From a virus, in the IMG/VR virus record IMGVR_UViG_3300020426_000002, positions 1 through 35,879 of that record: DNA of 35,879 nt; one strand, 5' to 3'. The position numbers and the translations under genes were made by a program. This document shows, one piece after another, positions 32,603 to 35,879 of this stretch. The notes under the pieces are model-generated. The model ran no database searches. It worked only from the letters and a program-made list of their open reading frames with translations, and was not told the DNA's origin. The first letter of the stretch is position 1. Each line of letters opens with the position of its first letter.

Positions 32603-32989
32603 ATGCAACTAACAAAGAATTTCAAATTAAGTGAATTCGCATCAAAAGATGGTGCGGAAACTCCAAAGGAATTAATACCAAACTTACAAGAGCTTGCGAA
32701 TAACTTACAAGCGCTAAGGGACGATCTCGGTGTGCCCATTCACATTAATAGCGGTTATCGGTCACCAGCACATAACAAAGCCGTTGGTGGTGCTCCAAAA
32801 TCACAACACAAAGAAGGAAAAGCAGGAGATATTACTGCAAAAGGTTTCACGCCAAAGCAGATCCAGGCGCGAATTGAAAAGCTAATCGCTGAAGGAAAAA
32901 TGAAAAACGGTGGCTTAGGTCTGTATAACACTTTCGTGCATTACGATGTGAGAAACTATGCGGCACGTTGGGATAATTCAAATATTTAA
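32603..32989 (+). CDS. Endolysin, peptidase M15 (D-Ala-D-Ala carboxypeptidase-like, M15A) family
   Basis: FKLSEFASKDG..., INSGYRSPAHNKAVGGAPKSQHKEGKAGDI and VHYDVR give the H-D-H zinc ligand pattern. Confidence 0.88.
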   Translation: MQLTKNFKLSEFASKDGAETPKELIPNLQELANNLQALRDDLGVPIHINSGYRSPAHNKAVGGAPKSQHKEGKAGDITAKGFTPKQIQARIEKLIAEGKMKNGGLGLYNTFVHYDVRNYAARWDNSNI

Positions 32990-33029
32990 CACAGAGGTAC
33001 ACGTATGTCCCTCTCTTAACACATCAATC

Positions 33030-33212
33030 ATGAAAACAACAGTTTTTAAATTCATCTTATTTTTTCTTGCCGGGGTGATCCTGATATCCTTTGGCGGTTT
33101 TATTTACATGCTATTTAACGACTACACCAACGGGAAGCGTATTGGAGCTATCGCCACAACGATAATAGCGGGCGGTGGGGTTTATTACATTCTGAAAAAT
33201 ATAAGGCTATGA
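33030..33212 (+). CDS. Small 2-TM protein, holin candidate
   Basis: ATG at 33030. 60 aa. FKFILFFLAGVILISFGGFIYMLF and IGAIATTIIAGGGVYYIL. Adjacent to the endolysin. Confidence 0.55.
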   Translation: MKTTVFKFILFFLAGVILISFGGFIYMLFNDYTNGKRIGAIATTIIAGGGVYYILKNIRL

Positions 33213-33568
33213 AACCAGTAATTGAATTACAAAAAAGCGATGAAGGTTTGCAAGCATTCTTTGAATGTCCTGGATGCGGAAATATGCACGGTTTAAATAT
33301 AAACGGTACTAAGCGACCAAATTGGAAGTATACCGGTACAGAATCAAAACCGACTTTTTCGCCGTCGATATTAACAAGATGGGTTTCTGTTCCAAGAAAT
33401 CCGGAAGAAGATGAAAACGGAAATTATATTCTAGGTTCAGACGGTAGAATCAAAGGAGCTAAAAACGAAGTTTGCCATTCATTTGTAACAAATGGTAAGA
33501 TTAGATTCTTAAATGACTGTACGCATGAACTTGCAGGTAAAACAGTCGACTTAAAACCAATAGAATGA
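33209..33568 (+). CDS. DUF6527-like zinc-ribbon protein
   Basis: FECPGCGNMHGL...KPTFSPSIL...CHSFVTNGKIRFLNDCTHELAGKTVDL matches the DUF6527-type pattern as I recall it. ATGA overlaps on both sides. Confidence 0.55.
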   Translation: MKPVIELQKSDEGLQAFFECPGCGNMHGLNINGTKRPNWKYTGTESKPTFSPSILTRWVSVPRNPEEDENGNYILGSDGRIKGAKNEVCHSFVTNGKIRFLNDCTHELAGKTVDLKPIE

Positions 33569-33912
33569 AACTATCGCAGCAAACATGGATCATTATTTTA
33601 GGAATCGGACTGGCCGCTTCGATCATTTTCATTATCGATCAAAACTCGCAGATCAATTCACTAGACAATCTAATCGAGAGCGAAAAAGAAAAGAAAGAAG
33701 CCGTAATCGAGCAAAACAGAAAACTAGACCTGGAGCTGAAGAATAAAAGCGATAAGCTAGATCAATCTGCAAACGAAGATGTACAGACCGCGAAGGATCT
33801 GGAAGAACAAAAAGACCAACTTAAAAATACTGATTATGAAAATGAGCCTTTTCGTGCTAATAATGCTGATTCCCTTCGCGATGTTATCGCAAGAAGATTC
33901 GACGAAAGTTAG
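33565..33912 (+). CDS. N-terminal TM plus coiled-coil protein (i-spanin-like topology)
   Basis: WIIILGIGLAASIIFII is followed by a charged coiled coil. 115 aa. Confidence 0.55.
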   Translation: MKLSQQTWIIILGIGLAASIIFIIDQNSQINSLDNLIESEKEKKEAVIEQNRKLDLELKNKSDKLDQSANEDVQTAKDLEEQKDQLKNTDYENEPFRANNADSLRDVIARRFDES

Positions 33913-34204
33913 TTTAAGTTTTCTTCAAAATGTAGAAAGCCAGCTTAGGGAACTTGACAGGCGTAGGCAGGAGAATATAGCAAATGATTTAATCATCGCC
34001 AAGTACAAATCTGCTAACCAAAAGTTAACCGAATCTAACCAGATCAAAGACCAGCGTATTAGCTTGCTTCAAAATTCCTTGGATCAGGCATTACAATTAT
34101 ACGAGATCGAGCAAAACGAAAAGCCAAAGAATACCTGGTTTATTGATCTTCTTAAGATATTGGGTGCGCTGGGTGTAGGTTTTACGATTGGAAGCGTTTT
34201 TTAA
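33836..34204 (+). CDS. Signal-peptide plus coiled-coil plus C-terminal TM protein, overlapping the previous gene out of frame
   Basis: MKMSLFVLIMLIPFAMLSQ (no Cys), a coiled coil, then C-terminal WFIDLLKILGALGVGFTIGSVF. It shares 77 nt with 33565-33912 in another frame. An alternative ATG lies at 33779. Confidence 0.5.
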   Translation: MKMSLFVLIMLIPFAMLSQEDSTKVSLSFLQNVESQLRELDRRRQENIANDLIIAKYKSANQKLTESNQIKDQRISLLQNSLDQALQLYEIEQNEKPKNTWFIDLLKILGALGVGFTIGSVF

Positions 34205-34233
34205 GTTGTCAAGTATTCATTTACAACTCAAAG

Positions 34234-34268
34234 AAAAACCCGGTTGTTATGCCGGGTTTAGTTTTTTT
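34234..34268. terminator. Bidirectional intrinsic terminator between the lysis operon and the reverse-strand right-arm genes
   Basis: The stem AACCCGG / CCGGGTT is flanked by an A-run upstream and a T-run downstream, so it reads as hairpin plus U-tract on both strands. Confidence 0.75.
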
Positions 34269-34350
34269 AATTATATTTGCCTTATACAAGTTGTATGCTA
34301 TGATTTCTATAAAGTTATCATAGTAAGGCTTAAAAGCCGAAGTTGAAAAA

Positions 34351-34695
34351 CTATATGCCCTGACTTTGTTGGGGCTTTTTTATTTCATAAATATTTCTGG
34401 TGTGAAAGTTTAAAGGATCAAAACCAGTTCCATTTCCAAAGTTGTTTGAAAATTGTTCTCTTGTGTATTCTGTTTTTTCAAGATTAACGATATTTACCTT
34501 TTTATAACCAAATCCTCTTGTACCCCTTCTTTTGCATTCCAATACAGGCCAATCTAATATTTTAAATTTATCTTCATGAGAAGAAACAGTTTCCATTTTT
34601 TCTGCTGTCCATATTGTACCATCTGAATTACTTATTACAACTTTTCCTCTAAAAATTTTAGAAGCTTCTTCGTTTGTGAATTTATTAGTTTTCAT
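34351..34695 (-). CDS. Hypothetical 114-aa protein (right-arm accessory gene)
   Basis: An intact ORF 20 nt downstream of the 126-aa gene on the same strand. No recognisable motif. Confidence 0.6.
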   Translation of the reverse strand: MKTNKFTNEEASKIFRGKVVISNSDGTIWTAEKMETVSSHEDKFKILDWPVLECKRRGTRGFGYKKVNIVNLEKTEYTREQFSNNFGNGTGFDPLNFHTRNIYEIKKPQQSQGI

Positions 34696-34715
34696 GATAT
34701 TTTATTTTTTTAATT

Positions 34716-35096
34716 TTATTGAGCAACTTTTAAAAATTCGAAAGCAACACACCAGGCTTGTTTATCTGAAATATTATTTCCTTCTAAAGCTCTATCTGCG
34801 ATATCTGCTTGAAACCCTAATGAATTTTCAGCAACAACATTTAAAATATGTTCTGCATTTTCTGTCCATTCAATTCTATTATTAAATTTACCACCATAAT
34901 TTTTAGCACAAATTGCATTGAAAACTTCTTTGGCACTCCATTTCGCCATATCTACTAATATAGTAGCAGCTTTTCTAGCACCTTTCCAAGCCATTTTCAA
35001 AGCTTCTTTTAATCTGGCAGAATAATTACCTTCAAGAGTTGAAGCTATTAAGTGAGCAGTTTTCATTAAAAGTGATTTGTTGATTGAAGCTTTCAT
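34716..35096 (-). CDS. Hypothetical 126-aa helical protein (right-arm accessory gene)
   Basis: KTAHLIASTLEGNYSARLKEALKMAWKG and ISDKQAWCVAFEF recall recurrent phage/plasmid helical modules that I cannot name. Preceded by promoter-operator copy 1. Confidence 0.6.
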   Translation of the reverse strand: MKASINKSLLMKTAHLIASTLEGNYSARLKEALKMAWKGARKAATILVDMAKWSAKEVFNAICAKNYGGKFNNRIEWTENAEHILNVVAENSLGFQADIADRALEGNNISDKQAWCVAFEFLKVAQ

Positions 35097-35122
35097 AATG
35101 TTTGTTTTAAATGTTATTACTT

Positions 35123-35187
35123 ATTGTTCTACGGTTCAAATATAACATAACTATTTAGTTATGCAATGGTAAATCTAAACTTTAACA
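35123..35187 (-). promoter_or_regulatory. Promoter-operator cassette, copy 1
   Basis: On the minus strand: TTG (35166-35164), a 19-nt spacer, then TATATTTG (35144-35137). The spacer is filled by the palindrome CATAACTA-TT-TAGTTATG (35146-35163). The ATG lies 40 nt downstream. The core is 41/44 identical to 35692-35735. Confidence 0.6.
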
Positions 35188-35382
35188 GTTTAATTTTTTA
35201 GCTTCTTCTTTGATGTAGTTAATCAGCTTTTCCAAATCTTGTTTAGTCCAGTTGTTTCTGGTAGCTTTTGGGGAGTTATTAAGTTTGACAACACCATAAC
35301 TTGTATTGGTAATTTCGGCCAACTTTCGGTTTCCCATGCCAAAAGTATCAGCTATCTTCTTGATTTCTGTAGGGATATCCAT
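35182..35382 (-). CDS. Small HTH-like DNA-binding protein (candidate regulator of the right-arm cassettes)
   Basis: 66 aa. IKKIADTFGMGNRKLAEITNTSYGVVKL is HTH-like. Confidence 0.55.
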   Translation of the reverse strand: MDIPTEIKKIADTFGMGNRKLAEITNTSYGVVKLNNSPKATRNNWTKQDLEKLINYIKEEAKKLNC

Positions 35383-35444
35383 AATAATTGTTATTTTTGA
35401 AGTTCATAATGTTTGAAACATTATTATTACTATTGTTCTAATTA

Positions 35445-35468
35445 GCCCCTCCAGTAGAGGGGCTTTTT
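35445..35468. terminator. GC hairpin (GCCCCTC-cagta-GAGGGGC) with a T5 run on the plus-strand side only
   Basis: Stem at 35445-35451 / 35457-35463, T-run at 35464-35468. It lies 9 nt below the stop of the 64-aa reverse gene. On the minus strand no U-tract follows it. Confidence 0.45.
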
Positions 35469-35471
35469 GAT

Positions 35472-35666
35472 TTACTTCAGAAAAATTACAGCCGTTTCAT
35501 TGCTATAGTCTATCTGTTCAATCGAATGAACCTCAAACCTCGATTCATTAATTTTAATAATCCACCCCTCCTTTGGGAATTCTGGAATTGTTAACTTGAA
35601 CTTAGCGATGTCATGACCGCCTTCTGAAACAAATTTTACGTCGAATACTAATAATTGGTAATTCAT
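35472..35666 (-). CDS. Hypothetical 64-aa protein (right-arm accessory gene)
   Basis: The start at 35666 is chosen by analogy with copy 1: the same AAACATT-ATG context, 40 nt from the -7 box. The longer track ORF (to 35735) would run through the promoter repeat. Confidence 0.55.
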   Translation of the reverse strand: MNYQLLVFDVKFVSEGGHDIAKFKLTIPEFPKEGWIIKINESRFEVHSIEQIDYSNETAVIFLK

Positions 35667-35691
35667 AATGTTTAAAAAATTTAAATTATAC

Positions 35692-35756
35692 ATTGTTCTA
35701 TGGTTCAAATATAACATAACTATTCGGTTATGCAAAGGGTTTTTTAAACTTTAACA
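35692..35756 (-). promoter_or_regulatory. Promoter-operator cassette, copy 2
   Basis: On the minus strand: TTG (35735-35733), a 19-nt spacer, then TATATTTG (35713-35706). The spacer palindrome is CATAAC-N6-GTTATG (35715-35732). The shared TAAACTTTAACA lies at 35745-35756. Confidence 0.6.
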
Positions 35757-35765
35757 TTTGAATTA

Positions 35766-35783
35766 GTTTACGATATATTTACG
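35766..35783 (+). promoter_or_regulatory. Candidate integrase arm-type sites near attR
   Basis: GTTTACG at 35766-35772 and ATTTACG at 35777-35783, 11 bp apart. Same motif and orientation as at 139-169. Confidence 0.4.
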
Positions 35784-35832
35784 GTCACTTTAAATTATTG
35801 TTATTAAGCCTTGTTATTGCAGAGTTTTAAAC

Positions 35833-35879
35833 CTGCCTTCTAAGCAGACGGTCACAGGTTCGAATCCTGTCGCGATCAC
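35833..35879 (+). repeat. attR core: right copy of the 47-bp direct repeat (a duplicate of the tRNA-Arg 3' part)
   Basis: Identical to 1-47. The sequence upstream of it (35790-35832) does not look like a tRNA 5' half, so this is probably the partial copy. Confidence 0.85.

Larger units (their letters stand above)
1..35879. mobile_element. Integrated temperate siphovirus-like prophage (HK97-type head module, non-contractile tail) bounded by tRNA-derived direct repeats
   Basis: An identical 47-mer occurs at both window ends. Between the copies lie integrase, repressor/early, replication, packaging, head, tail and lysis modules in canonical order. No tail sheath gene is present. Confidence 0.9.

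Noticed and set aside
34272-34383. A plus-strand TATATTTG box (34272-34279), the palindrome ATACAAgTTGTAT (34284-34296) and a weak GCCC/GGGC hairpin with a T6 run (about 34357-34383). Together these might indicate an antisense RNA to the 3' end of the 114-aa gene, as in a type I toxin-antitoxin arrangement.
   Set aside because: The hairpin is only 4 bp with an 11-nt loop. The T-run is simply the complement of Lys codons at the ORF end, and such -7-like boxes are frequent in AT-rich DNA. It is too weak to call without transcript data.
35667-35735. The longer 87-aa version of the last reverse-strand ORF, starting at 35735.
   Set aside because: The extension runs through the promoter-operator repeat, which is non-coding upstream of the 126-aa gene. 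The ATG at 35666 has the same leader context (AAACATT-ATG, 40 nt from the -7 box) as the ATG at 35096.

Overview
The window is one complete integrated temperate phage of about 35.8 kb. The host looks like a low-GC Bacteroidota (Flavobacteriia-like) organism. I infer this from TAnnTTTG promoter boxes, the lack of Shine-Dalgarno sequences, an arm-binding tyrosine integrase and the lipoprotein signals. Identical 47-bp direct repeats (1-47 and 35833-35879) bound the element. They are the 3' part of a tRNA-Arg(UCU) gene, from anticodon arm to acceptor end, and serve as attL/attR. Gene order from left to right is as follows. (1) Integrase. (2) A small accessory island with two lipoproteins, a 4-TM protein, two paralogous mini-proteins and a stand-alone HTH. 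(3) A CI-like repressor divergent from an early operon. (4) A replication module: initiator with internal iterons, then DnaB helicase. (5) HNH, a candidate cos site, TerS and TerL. (6) A 2.4-kb insertion carrying an orphan C5 DNA methyltransferase. (7) HK97-type portal, protease and capsid, then head-tail joining genes. (8) Major tail protein, a G/GT chaperone with a -1 frameshift, a phage-borne tRNA-Arg(CCU)-like gene and the tape measure. (9) Baseplate and fibre genes. (10) A lysis region with an M15 peptidase endolysin and several TM/coiled-coil proteins. (11) Four small reverse-strand genes with duplicated promoter-operator cassettes next to attR. I saw no rRNA, CRISPR array, transposase or reverse transcriptase. 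The best candidates for something undescribed are the right-arm cassette (34351-35756), the left-arm island (1365-3415), the membrane/HExxH gene pair (31346-32184) and the atypical phage tRNA (22852-22925). All functional calls come from by-eye motif recognition and synteny; nothing was searched against a database.
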